Source: a virus (lineage: Duplodnaviria; Caudoviricetes). Taken from it: a DNA stretch of 64,000 nt. The number at the start of each line of letters is the position of its first letter. Position 1 is the stretch's first letter. Made by a program: the position numbers and the translations under genes. The notes under the pieces were generated by a model. That model ran no database searches and was not told the DNA's origin. It saw only the letters and a program-made list of their open reading frames with translations. Positions 1 through 8,800 of the stretch are shown piece by piece. The DNA is taken from IMG/VR virus record IMGVR_UViG_3300033121_001301, positions 1-64,000 of that record. One strand, 5' to 3'.

Positions 1-937
1 CACCAGCTTTGATTGCCCAGAACCAGGCGTAGGGGTGACCAGTACCGCTTGGCTGACTACCGCTCTTGTTGGCCACGTTGCTTGTAGAAGAACCTGCAAC
101 GAAAGCTATGAACACCGAGACATTATCAGCTGCTGCAACAGTGAAGTCGGACGTATCTGAGGAGCCAGTGAAGATTCGGTACTCGCCAGTTCCATAGATG
201 TTAGTTGTTCCACCACCGCCAACAGTGATGTTGTCGTTGAGCGCTGAATAGCTTGCAGTGTTGGTGATTACCGAAAGTCCGCCAGTTTCTAAAGCTGTGG
301 CTCGATAGAAGAGATGTTCTCTGTTACCTGAAGACGGTGTGACCACCATGCTACCAGGATCAGCTCCAACCTGGGTTTCAACAGATGAGCCAGCTACTGT
401 AACTTCTCCACCACCACCAAGAGTGAAGGTATTCAACAAAGCTACTTTAGCTGTGGTATTACCACTAAAGTTGATCGTGACAGCCGCACCACTGGACAAT
501 GTTGATGTTGCTTTGGTGTACCAGACAGAGACTGTAGCTCCATCAGCAGCTACACCAGCTGAGTAAGTGTACTCTCGAGCCTTTAGCCAGATGTTTCCAG
601 CTGCATCCGTGACACTAGTGACTTCTGAGTTATCACCGATCGCTGTGCCAATGTTGTCAAAGTTGACCTGCAGAATGCCTACTTCACCAGCTGTCAATGC
701 CCCTGTGGTAACTGGTGCCCAGGAAGATGACGATGCTTTATCAAACGTTGACATGATCGATGAGCCAAACGCCCAAGCACTGGAAGTTCCAGGCTTGACG
801 CAATGCTCACCGACGAAGAAGTTCTTCCTGGAGCCATATGGATCGGAAATGACTCTTTCGGCAGCATAAAACAACCCAGAGACTTTGTATCTCCCTGGGT
901 TGCCAGCTAGTCGAATGCCATTGCCGACCAGGGCCAT
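1..937 (-). CDS. Putative virion/tail-fibre-associated protein, partial (runs off left edge; absent from ORF track)
   Basis: ATG at 937-935 overlaps the TAA of the upstream gene (TAATG). The frame reads MALVGNGIRLAGNPGRYK... open to position 1 and is Ser/Thr/Gly/Ala-rich and beta-type. The + strand ORFs 339-566 and 567-869 are its shadow. Confidence 0.75.
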   Translation of the reverse strand, partial: MALVGNGIRLAGNPGRYKVSGLFYAAERVISDPYGSRKNFFVGEHCVKPGTSSAWAFGSSIMSTFDKASSSSWAPVTTGALTAGEVGILQVNFDNIGTAIGDNSEVTSVTDAAGNIWLKAREYTYSAGVAADGATVSVWYTKATSTLSSGAAVTINFSGNTTAKVALLNTFTLGGGGEVTVAGSSVETQVGADPGSMVVTPSSGNREHLFYRATALETGGLSVITNTASYSALNDNITVGGGGTTNIYGTGEYRIFTGSSDTSDFTVAAADNVSVFIAFVAGSSTSNVANKSGSQPSGTGHPYAWFWAIKAG

Positions 938-2103
938 TATGCATCACCCCAGACGAAGTCTGTAGTTGCTGTGAATGGTGAAGCTGTAGTGGTAGCACCA
1001 GTGCCAAATAACATCCAGGCCAGGCAGGCTCCATCTTCAATTTGAGGCATACTTGGCAGCTGATTCCTGAGATCATGCTCAGACCACACACCGGTGGCTG
1101 GAAGGATGATGTCGCAAATAGGCTTAGCGATACAGAGAGCTACAACACCTGAACCAGTGTAAGCAGTACCACCAGACCAGGTGAATGAGTTGATTCGAGC
1201 AATGCCGGTGTCTCCACCCTGCTTCGGCAGGAATGGCCCATAGCGGCCTGTAGCATTACCTGAGTGTAGAACTCGAGTGGCATAAGCATCAGCAGCTGCA
1301 CCCATCGAAGGTGTGCCTTGGAATGCTCTAGTACCAGCACCAGTGTACGTGCCAGGGGCATCATAAGCAGAAGCAGTGAGATTAGGGCCACCACCTGTAG
1401 GAGCTGTCTGAGAGACAAAGAAAGCTTCGCAACCAATACCCTGATCGGTTCTTGTCTGGATTCTGAGAGTGTGTGTGCCTGTACCACCGTCTGTGTAGGC
1501 CACCACCGTGCCAGCAATAGCATTGGCAAGTGATGTAGCAACTCTGGCGGTCGTCGACGACACCCTGACCAGCCAGTAGTCAGTGTCAAGAGCCAGACCA
1601 GTTGGCAATGTGGTCGTGGTTGTGAACCTGACCTTGGTCAGTGTGTTGAAATCATTGGTGTACGTGAGCAACAGACCAGATGAGCTGGAAGCTGTGAAGG
1701 TGTTCGAATTGATAAGAGTTCTTGAGCCTGTACCAGTCACGTTGGTAGTGCTGAGACGGTAATAGCCTTGAATATCAACCAGCTTGGCCTGCCAGGGAGC
1801 TCCAGCAGCCGCCACCATCATCGCACCAATATTGAGCAAATGCTTGGTATTGGTCGGTCCTACCACGCCGCCGTGCTGAACACCAGTGACAACAGTGCCA
1901 TCACCTGTTGTTTCCCAGCAGGACTGAAACAACAGATCCGTACCGGGGAATGTACCGGCATTAGGGTATCCGTTGAGACCTTTCAAGAAATGCCAACCGC
2001 CAGCTGTGTGAACAGGAGCTGTAGACTTCGACCAGGTCTGCTTGTTGAACTTACCATTCTTGGTAATTTCCTGCAGCATATGATCGTCACTGGAGAAACC
2101 CAT
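937..2103 (-). CDS. Putative virion structural protein, paralog of 2114-2971, with an inserted Thr-rich beta domain
   Basis: 388 aa with RBS-like GGAG upstream. The C-terminus (KPICDI...PQIEDGACLAWM...DFVWG) aligns with the neighbour. The insert TTTTTLPTGL...YWLV...ATSLANAIAGT...GTGTHTL is typical of phage tail proteins. Confidence 0.7.
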   Translation of the reverse strand: MGFSSDDHMLQEITKNGKFNKQTWSKSTAPVHTAGGWHFLKGLNGYPNAGTFPGTDLLFQSCWETTGDGTVVTGVQHGGVVGPTNTKHLLNIGAMMVAAAGAPWQAKLVDIQGYYRLSTTNVTGTGSRTLINSNTFTASSSSGLLLTYTNDFNTLTKVRFTTTTTLPTGLALDTDYWLVRVSSTTARVATSLANAIAGTVVAYTDGGTGTHTLRIQTRTDQGIGCEAFFVSQTAPTGGGPNLTASAYDAPGTYTGAGTRAFQGTPSMGAAADAYATRVLHSGNATGRYGPFLPKQGGDTGIARINSFTWSGGTAYTGSGVVALCIAKPICDIILPATGVWSEHDLRNQLPSMPQIEDGACLAWMLFGTGATTTASPFTATTDFVWGDA

Positions 2104-2113
2104 AACTCACTCC

Positions 2114-2971
2114 CTAGTTCCAGACGAATTTGGCTTGGCCGAGAAGCAACCCGGCAGCTACTGAGCCAGCTGGATAGCAGATCATGTTGAGATAAGCACC
2201 ATCAATGATCCTTGGTGGCACCATGTTGTGCTGCAGGAAGTTAATCTCCCTGGTGGTGTTGATCTCACGAATAACAGAATCGCACAACGGTTTCACCAGC
2301 ACAAGAGATATCAAGCCGCCATTGGCCACTGTGTTGGTGATACTGACAATAGACCTGACACCGTAGTCACCACTGGCCAGGGTGAGAAATGGGCCTTTTT
2401 GAGCATTGGTAGCGGGTGCGCTGGTAACGAGCGAAGCAATGCTGACTGCAGCTGTGTTACAGGTCTGAACCGGTGAAGTCTTGAGATTGCCATCCTGATT
2501 GATGTAATCGAAAGTGAATGCACCACCACCGACTGATGGAGTCACCGCCACTGCCATCACCTGCAACCCAATTCCATCTGTGTATCTGGGCAAAGTGACA
2601 GTGTTATCCATCTCCTGGGGATCAAGTGAGTCCATATCCACAAACGGATAGAACAGCACATAATCAAGCAGTTGATACTGCCCCACCATCGCAGCTGTAG
2701 GAGTAGTCAGACCCAAGTGCGTCAGAAAGGTCTTTGCTGGATCTCTATCGAATCCAAAGAAGATGCCTTTTCTACTTGTCAGTACTGCAGCTACCAGTGG
2801 GTCAGCCGCATAGTAGTTAGCCAGAGGAAACCCTGCAGCCATCGACAGATCCACCCAAACGCTGGCTGTCGAAGCCTGGGATGGCACCTTACGGAAAGTA
2901 GTCGAATGCACCTGCCCGTTCTTGGCAAGTGCATTGACGTATTCAGTGATGTTGTTGAAACCTGCTGGCAT
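2114..2971 (-). CDS. Putative virion structural protein, paralog of 937-2103
   Basis: 285 aa, translationally coupled to the upstream gene. C-terminus KPLCDS...PRIIDGAYLNMI...KFVWN. Confidence 0.7.
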   Translation of the reverse strand: MPAGFNNITEYVNALAKNGQVHSTTFRKVPSQASTASVWVDLSMAAGFPLANYYAADPLVAAVLTSRKGIFFGFDRDPAKTFLTHLGLTTPTAAMVGQYQLLDYVLFYPFVDMDSLDPQEMDNTVTLPRYTDGIGLQVMAVAVTPSVGGGAFTFDYINQDGNLKTSPVQTCNTAAVSIASLVTSAPATNAQKGPFLTLASGDYGVRSIVSITNTVANGGLISLVLVKPLCDSVIREINTTREINFLQHNMVPPRIIDGAYLNMICYPAGSVAAGLLLGQAKFVWN

Positions 2972-3153
2972 TAGCTTTTCTGGGTCATGCTGGCTTGAAT
3001 GGAAAGCATCGTGAGACGACAGAACTCGTCTCGAACAGCTGGGTCAAGCCCGGCTGTCAGCCTCTGCAGCGTTCGCAAGGTTGAGTTAATCACCTCGCGA
3101 GCTTTGTGCTGCAGTTCTTTGGGTAGATTGTCGATCTGTTCTGCAATGTTCAT
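2971..3153 (-). CDS. Small hypothetical protein (60 aa)
   Basis: Fills the gap exactly, with ATGA and TAATG overlaps on both sides. Confidence 0.65.
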   Translation of the reverse strand: MNIAEQIDNLPKELQHKAREVINSTLRTLQRLTAGLDPAVRDEFCRLTMLSIQASMTQKS

Positions 3154-3314
3154 GACTTGAGCTTTCCTTCACCTTTGAGATTCGAAGAGCACTCAGCGAT
3201 GACAACAGCGTTGCAGGAGCAAGAACGTTGAACACCGAGAGCAGTAACAACAGCTGGCCTGCCGCACTTGGCACAGTAGTAGCACGACAGAGCTTGTACA
3301 GATACTGTGTTCAC
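3150..3314 (-). CDS. Small Cys-rich protein (54 aa; absent from ORF track)
   Basis: GTG start overlaps the TGA at 3311 and its TGA overlaps the ATG at 3153. Sequence MNTVSVQALSCYYCAKCGRPAVV...SCSCNAVVIAEC. Confidence 0.65.
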   Translation of the reverse strand: MNTVSVQALSCYYCAKCGRPAVVTALGVQRSCSCNAVVIAECSSNLKGEGKLKS

Positions 3315-3727
3315 AGTGTTACTCCAGAAGCTGAGGCTTCAGTGACACTAAGGCTATTTTCAGCGAAAACCGGATAAGTAACTTCGTTGAGCCTGCAAGA
3401 ACGATTCACATGACCAGATGAGATAGGCTTCCCTTCCTCATTGCGGACTTCAACACCCGTTATGAGGATTTCACCCCGCTCGGGAGTAGGGAAGTGAAAG
3501 TTGTCGATATTGATCAGCGTGTCATCTTCCTCATTGAACAGGAAGCGAGCCTTCTGCCTGGAGTAACCTGGGTATTTGGCTTCTTCATAACCAGTCATCA
3601 AACAAACGGTGTATTCCTTGATGACTGGCTTCTTAACCTCTGCAGCGAGCTGCGGCAGAGGAACCAGGTCAGCTAAAGGAAGCAAGACACAACAAGCTAC
3701 ACGCTTCAAGAAACCGCGACGAAACAT
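3311..3727 (-). CDS. Twin-arginine-like leader fused to a domain paralogous to 4429-4830
   Basis: N-terminus MFRRGFLK followed by a hydrophobic stretch. C-terminal domain YPGYSRQ...LIN...FP...ITGV...SG...PVFA..LS aligns with 4429-4830. Confidence 0.7.
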   Translation of the reverse strand: MFRRGFLKRVACCVLLPLADLVPLPQLAAEVKKPVIKEYTVCLMTGYEEAKYPGYSRQKARFLFNEEDDTLINIDNFHFPTPERGEILITGVEVRNEEGKPISSGHVNRSCRLNEVTYPVFAENSLSVTEASASGVTL

Positions 3728-3741
3728 GGGAACTCCTGAGA

Positions 3742-4404
3742 TTACGCTGCAAGTTCTGTTGGCCTGATGTCAATTGAACCGCAGTTGGCACATTGCAGGC
3801 AAATGCCTTTGCCGTGCCCGCCATGCCTCAATTGAAGATTATCAGGTTTGTTGTTCTTTTTGTCACCATCAATGTGATGAACAGTCTCATTTCGAGTGAG
3901 TGGCCTACCAAGCTCTCTGGCCTTAACGAGACGGTGTTCTGGGACATAGCCAGCTAGATTAGCCATCACGTACATTGGGTCATCTTTATAGACCAAAACT
4001 AAAACATAGCCTTGATCGTTTACGGACCTTCCACCTTTCCAAGAACCGTGCTTCTCTCCACGATGATGTGTTTCAGTTGGCAAACCCAACCGAATTAGTA
4101 TTCGACCCACAACAGGTTGGCTCATTCCAAGCTGTTTACCAATAGCTGCTTGACTCATTCCGAGACCGCGAAGCTCAGCAACTGCGGTTGCGTACTCTTC
4201 ATCCTTGAATCTTGGAGCTCCAGAATCCGCACCTCGATGCCGAGGTTTATGACCAGCACGTTTGACCATCGTAGTCACAGTCTTGCGGTTAAGCTGATAC
4301 TCTTTTGCAAGAGTACCAGCTTTTTTACCAGCGAGATACTTAGTTACTATCTCTGCTTCAACCTCTGGTAGAAGATCGCGTTTACCGGGCATGAGACGCT
4401 CCAA
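3742..4404 (-). CDS. HNH homing endonuclease with N-terminal HTH domains
   Basis: YVPEHRLV...ETVHHIDGDKKNNKPDNL is an HNH motif. WKGGRS..DQGY precedes it, and an HTH-like GMSQAAIGKQLGMSQPVV is present. The start may be the ATG at 4392. Confidence 0.9.
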   Translation of the reverse strand: MERLMPGKRDLLPEVEAEIVTKYLAGKKAGTLAKEYQLNRKTVTTMVKRAGHKPRHRGADSGAPRFKDEEYATAVAELRGLGMSQAAIGKQLGMSQPVVGRILIRLGLPTETHHRGEKHGSWKGGRSVNDQGYVLVLVYKDDPMYVMANLAGYVPEHRLVKARELGRPLTRNETVHHIDGDKKNNKPDNLQLRHGGHGKGICLQCANCGSIDIRPTELAA

Positions 4405-4428
4405 AAAGGATTACGCCTCAATTATATG

Positions 4429-4830
4429 CTAATCCTCTGCGCAACTCAACGCAGCAGGAGCAAATTGTGGCTGGATACCCGCAGACACCGCGCGAGAAGC
4501 GTTCAAAGCACCACTATAGAGAATCTGACCAGCACCGGAAGCAGTAGTCACGATCGCAACGTGTGTGATCGTTTCACTTCCCGAGGTACAAGCCGGGAAC
4601 TGCAAGAGATTCGTATTGGTAAGCGGGTTCGTACCAGTCCAGTCCGCAATAGGGACAGCTACTCGAGCGTAGCTGCCATAAGCGGACTCATTGGTCGTTG
4701 CTGTACCCGCTTCACCGGGGTCAGCAGTGTAGAGAGCAATCCAACGGTTAGCATTGGCTCGCCACGAAGGATCAGTTCCCTTGAGGTTTGCCGCCAGTGT
4801 ATCAGCTTCAGTAGTGTTGCTCTTGCTCAT
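4429..4830 (-). CDS. Small phage tail/tail-fibre-associated structural protein
   Basis: WIALYTADPGEAG...E..Y..YARVAV...TNTNLLQFP...TITHVAI...ILYSGAL..SRAV..G..PQF..AL is a pattern common in tail regions of environmental phages. Confidence 0.75.
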   Translation of the reverse strand: MSKSNTTEADTLAANLKGTDPSWRANANRWIALYTADPGEAGTATTNESAYGSYARVAVPIADWTGTNPLTNTNLLQFPACTSGSETITHVAIVTTASGAGQILYSGALNASRAVSAGIQPQFAPAALSCAED

Positions 4831-4866
4831 GACCAGATAGCCTCAGAAAGTTAATCTCACCCTGAG

Positions 4867-4896
4867 ATTATAGCTTTCAGACCTGAAACTGTGCAA
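4867..4896 (-). promoter_or_regulatory. Sigma70-like promoter TTGCAC-N18-TATAAT
   Basis: Perfect -10 and 4/6 -35, about 37 nt upstream of the ATG at 4830. The spacer contains the inverted repeat TTTCAG/CTGAAA. Confidence 0.5.
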
Positions 4897-4905
4897 TGGA
4901 CTCTC

Positions 4906-5148
4906 TCACACCTTCTTGTTCAATCGGATCAAAGCTTTGTAGTAGCTTGGATCGTAAATAGACTTCCCATCTGGCTGCTTGATGTTAGGAAGCAGGGTGA
5001 AATAGGTGTGTGACAGTGGATCAAACCCATCTTCCAGTGGTGTCCCGGCCCATGGTGGCTCTGATGTAGGCATATCCCACCACAGAACTGGTCCAAGCTC
5101 CTCAAACCACTCATCAGCCGTATACAGCTTCTCATAGTTGATTGACAT
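4906..5148 (-). CDS. Hypothetical phage protein
   Basis: Trp/Pro-rich (EWFEELGPVLWW...EPPWAGTPL). The likely start is the ATG at 5148 rather than 5184. Confidence 0.65.
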   Translation of the reverse strand: MSINYEKLYTADEWFEELGPVLWWDMPTSEPPWAGTPLEDGFDPLSHTYFTLLPNIKQPDGKSIYDPSYYKALIRLNKKV

Positions 5149-5326
5149 CTGAGATCCCCTTCTTTGCTCGATTATCAAAAGCATCGAGGAAGTACTGCAA
5201 GCTCATGCAAAACAGCACCCCCATATAAGCAGCTGTAGCATCTCTGGAAAAGGCTGCTATCCCAGACGCTACAGCACCTGTGCCACTCAGTACCATCAAC
5301 CAGCCCCACTGCGATCGAATGCTCAT
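5132..5326 (-). CDS. Small two-helix membrane protein
   Basis: 64 aa with two hydrophobic segments and an upstream GGAG. Confidence 0.55.
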   Translation of the reverse strand: MSIRSQWGWLMVLSGTGAVASGIAAFSRDATAAYMGVLFCMSLQYFLDAFDNRAKKGISDVNQL

Positions 5327-5338
5327 CTGACTCTCCTG

Positions 5339-5512
5339 TTAGTTAGTGGGATTCTGAAGCCTCTTCTGCTTGATTTCCAGCATGATGCAGAACCCTCGCA
5401 GATTACCTTCAACCAGTTCCTTCACTTCTTCCTGCGTGTACTTGGTGCCTGGTGGAGAACTCCACTCCATCGACTCCATCCACAATCGAAACTCCTCCTC
5501 AAAGTCCAACAT
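5339..5512 (-). CDS. Small hypothetical protein (57 aa; absent from ORF track)
   Basis: RBS GGAGGAGG, ATG at 5512, TAA at 5339. Sequence MLDFEEEFRLWMESMEW... Confidence 0.6.
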   Translation of the reverse strand: MLDFEEEFRLWMESMEWSSPPGTKYTQEEVKELVEGNLRGFCIMLEIKQKRLQNPTN

Positions 5513-5524
5513 CAAACCCTCCTC

Positions 5525-5863
5525 CTAGTCCGGTAAACTGTGCAACTTCACCTCCACCTCCGTGTAAGGAAGCATCGGTAAAGTCTGTCCGCTCTTGCTA
5601 TGAGTGCAATCACCACAGAAAGCCATCACCCCATCAGTCATGATGTAATGGCAGCAGAAAGCAGGGATTGCATCGTGATCTTCAAACTTGGGCATGCCAT
5701 GATGGAAGTGCCGCACTGATGGAGATATGGTTGGTTTCTCCAGACTCCCATTCCACTCCCAGAACTTACCTTCCTTGACCCCTATCTTCACAGGAACTGA
5801 GTGCCAGCCACAAGCATGGCACTTGTATTGAAGTTCATCACCTTTGAGCAATGCCAGCTGCAT
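5525..5863 (-). CDS. Cys/His-rich protein, DUF6527-like
   Basis: CHAC...WEWNGSLEKPTISPSV...CCHYIMTDG...FCGDCTH. The likely start is the ATG at 5863, after GGAG. Confidence 0.7.
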   Translation of the reverse strand: MQLALLKGDELQYKCHACGWHSVPVKIGVKEGKFWEWNGSLEKPTISPSVRHFHHGMPKFEDHDAIPAFCCHYIMTDGVMAFCGDCTHSKSGQTLPMLPYTEVEVKLHSLPD

Positions 5864-5867
5864 CAAA

Positions 5868-8800
5868 CTACTCCGGTAACTGATCGAGTCTAATCTCATT
5901 TCTGCCATTCATTGACTGAGACAACCCAGTTATTGGATTGAGACCACCTCTTTGAAGCTGCCCCAGAAAACGATTCAAATGATCGTCCCAGTTGTAGTCA
6001 ATTGTGGGAGAATCAGGCTGAATCTGATCCCTGTAGGCAGGAACATTCTCGTATCCACCAGCACCACTGGAACGACTACCTCGCACTGCTGGTATTTTCC
6101 CGAAGTTCTGATTCAAGTTGTTCACCACTGCTTTGAACACATCTGGCCTGTATTCCTTCAAATGCGTCAGACCCACTACGAGTGGCCCAAGCTCTTTGTT
6201 GGTCATCTTGGGAGTCCAACCCATCATGGCATCCTGCTCAGAGAAGTTCTTTCTGAGATTGGAAGTAAGCACCTTCGTCCAGTCATTCACAATGTTCTGA
6301 TCTGATTCAGGGCTGGCTGAAGTCAGGATCTGCGTAGGTGAATAGCCCTTGTAGGCTTCTGGGCCAGCCTGCTGCCAGGCTTGAACGTCTTCTGGTGTTC
6401 GGAGTGCTCCTGTTTCTCTGAGCTTGTATGGGCTCAGGAAGTCACCTAAGTTGCCACCTTTAGCAGAAAGATCACGCCATTGGCCTGCATTGAGTGGTCG
6501 ATACTCTGATAGCCCCCTGACCTTTGCTATTGCTGTCTGAACAGTTGGATCGAGGTAGTCAGGGACATTAGTGAGCTCTTGGTTCGCATCTCTCATGTGA
6601 GCATGACGAGAGAAGTTAGAAGCAATATTGCTGATTGCCTGCTGCCTGAGCTCTGGAGAAAGCGAGGAAAGCGCTTTTCCCAGGTTGTCTGGATTGCGAA
6701 TATCGTCAACTAGCTGGAGACGTTGACCAGCTGTGAGAGCTTTGAAAGCATCCGGATTAGCCAACGAACTGGGATCGTAAGGTTCCAATGGAGTTGAGGA
6801 AATACGAGAAGAGTGCTGAAGAGCACCATGAAGAGCCGCTGCTCTCGGGTCAGCTGCCACGGCTGAGTATGATCCTGCTCCCTTTTCTGACTGGAAATGC
6901 CGGTATTGGTTGTCTTGCAACACCTTGAAGAGTGTGAGCTTTCCTTGAGCTCCAAGGGCGTGGAGTGCATTGGGAACATTTGGGTCTCCATCTGCGGCTG
7001 CTTGAGCCAGGGAATTGATGTCTTTGTAACCGAAAGCCCCAATGGCTTCCATTCCTGGGATCTTGAACGTATCCAGGTTCATTGGAGTTGGTGGAACTGA
7101 AGTATCAATCTCACCCAGAGAGTTCAGATTGCCAAAGTCTTTGCTGCCATAGCCTATCTGCTGAGCCTTATTGAGAATCTGCTGATAGGTTTTTGCTTTC
7201 TGCAATGCTGCTGCATCACCAGCATAGCCGTTCCTGTACATATCACTCAAACGAGGGAATGAAGGATCGTTCATAGCTTCAGAAGCAACGAACTTTGAAA
7301 CGAGACCACGCATCGAAGCTTGTTGCTGCGGCGTTGCTTTGGTTGGATCAATTGCTGAAATCCCAGCTAATAGTTGATCAGGCTGCTCATAGATGATCTT
7401 GCTAAGCGGAGAGAGATTAGGTGGAAGTTGTTGAGAAGGTGGTGCAACCCTCACTCCAGCAGGATTAACTCCTGTTGCTGCCTCCTGAATTGCACCACCT
7501 TGGTTCAAAGCTGGGATCGCACCACCGACTGTAGCGGCTACTAAAGGTGCGCTCCCATTGTTAAAAGGGTTTTGAATTGGTGGCAGTTGTCCACCAGCAG
7601 GGGGCTGAGGAGCTACAGGTGGAGCAGCAGCTGGGCCTGAAGTAGTTGCAACTGGAGGTGCCCCCCAATTAGACCAGGCTTTAGCCGCTCCAGGAATAGC
7701 CCCGATAGCTTTTCCAGCACCATATCCAGCTAATGCCCCCGCATTAAGCTTGGTTTGCAGTGATGGAGGAGGTGGAGCTTGTGGAGCCTTGTTCAGATGG
7801 TTGTACAGTGCGTAGCCACCTAGACCAGCTGCACCAATACCTAATGCTGGCATGAGCCAATTGGGGCTACCAGAAGGTTTGGGTCTCCGTCTGCCGAGAA
7901 GATCTTCTTCCTCTTCTTCATCACCACCCATCATTTTGCTGCCAAGATAACCAGCACCGGCAGCTAAACCGCCACCGATGAGAGTTTCAGGCTCGAGCAT
8001 ATTCTTCCACTCAAAGCCATTGGGGCCATTAGCCATAGAGAACATAGTGCCTAGACCAGCAGCCGCTGGCATGGCTACATCTCGCATACCTGCAGGTGCC
8101 ATGGCTCCAGCTAACATGCCTAAGCCGCCACCAGTTACACCTTTGGTAACTGGATTGAGTTGACCGTGACCAGCGATAGCTGAATCAACATAGCCTTTAC
8201 CAGCCATTCGATTGAGCCCGTAAACCTGGCCAGCTCTGCTGAACTGATCAGGATTGAAAGCTTGAACTGCCTTGGTGCCAACATCAGCAGCCCAGTTCTT
8301 GGTCTTATCCCAAGCATTAGAAAGCCAGTTGGGGTTCGCTTGCTTGAGAATAGCAGCTGCTTTACGCAACTGCACTTTTTGACGCTGTGCATTAGATTCT
8401 GCTTCCTCCTCTTCTTTGATCTTGGCTACATGAGCTGCGAAATTACGAGCTTCTGACTCCTCGTAAGTCTCATTGGGATTTACTGGTTGAGAAGCAAGTT
8501 GAGGTTGAGCTGGTTGAGATGATTTTCCATCCAGCTTATCACCAAGAGCTGCCCAGATGCTTCGAGGATGGTTCCAACTCCAGCCAGGTCGAACACCGTT
8601 ATCAAGAGAGATGCCAGGCAAAGGTCCAGAAATACCAACACCGCCTCTTTTGCCACCAACTCTGATACCGAGGCTTGGCACAGGTACAGTTCCGAGAAGA
8701 TAATCGTAACCAGCCTGCAGACCTACACGGTCGTTACCAAGGTGATACTGCCCACCACCCCAGGCGGGGATGATCGCAGACTTCAAGAAATTGATGCCTA

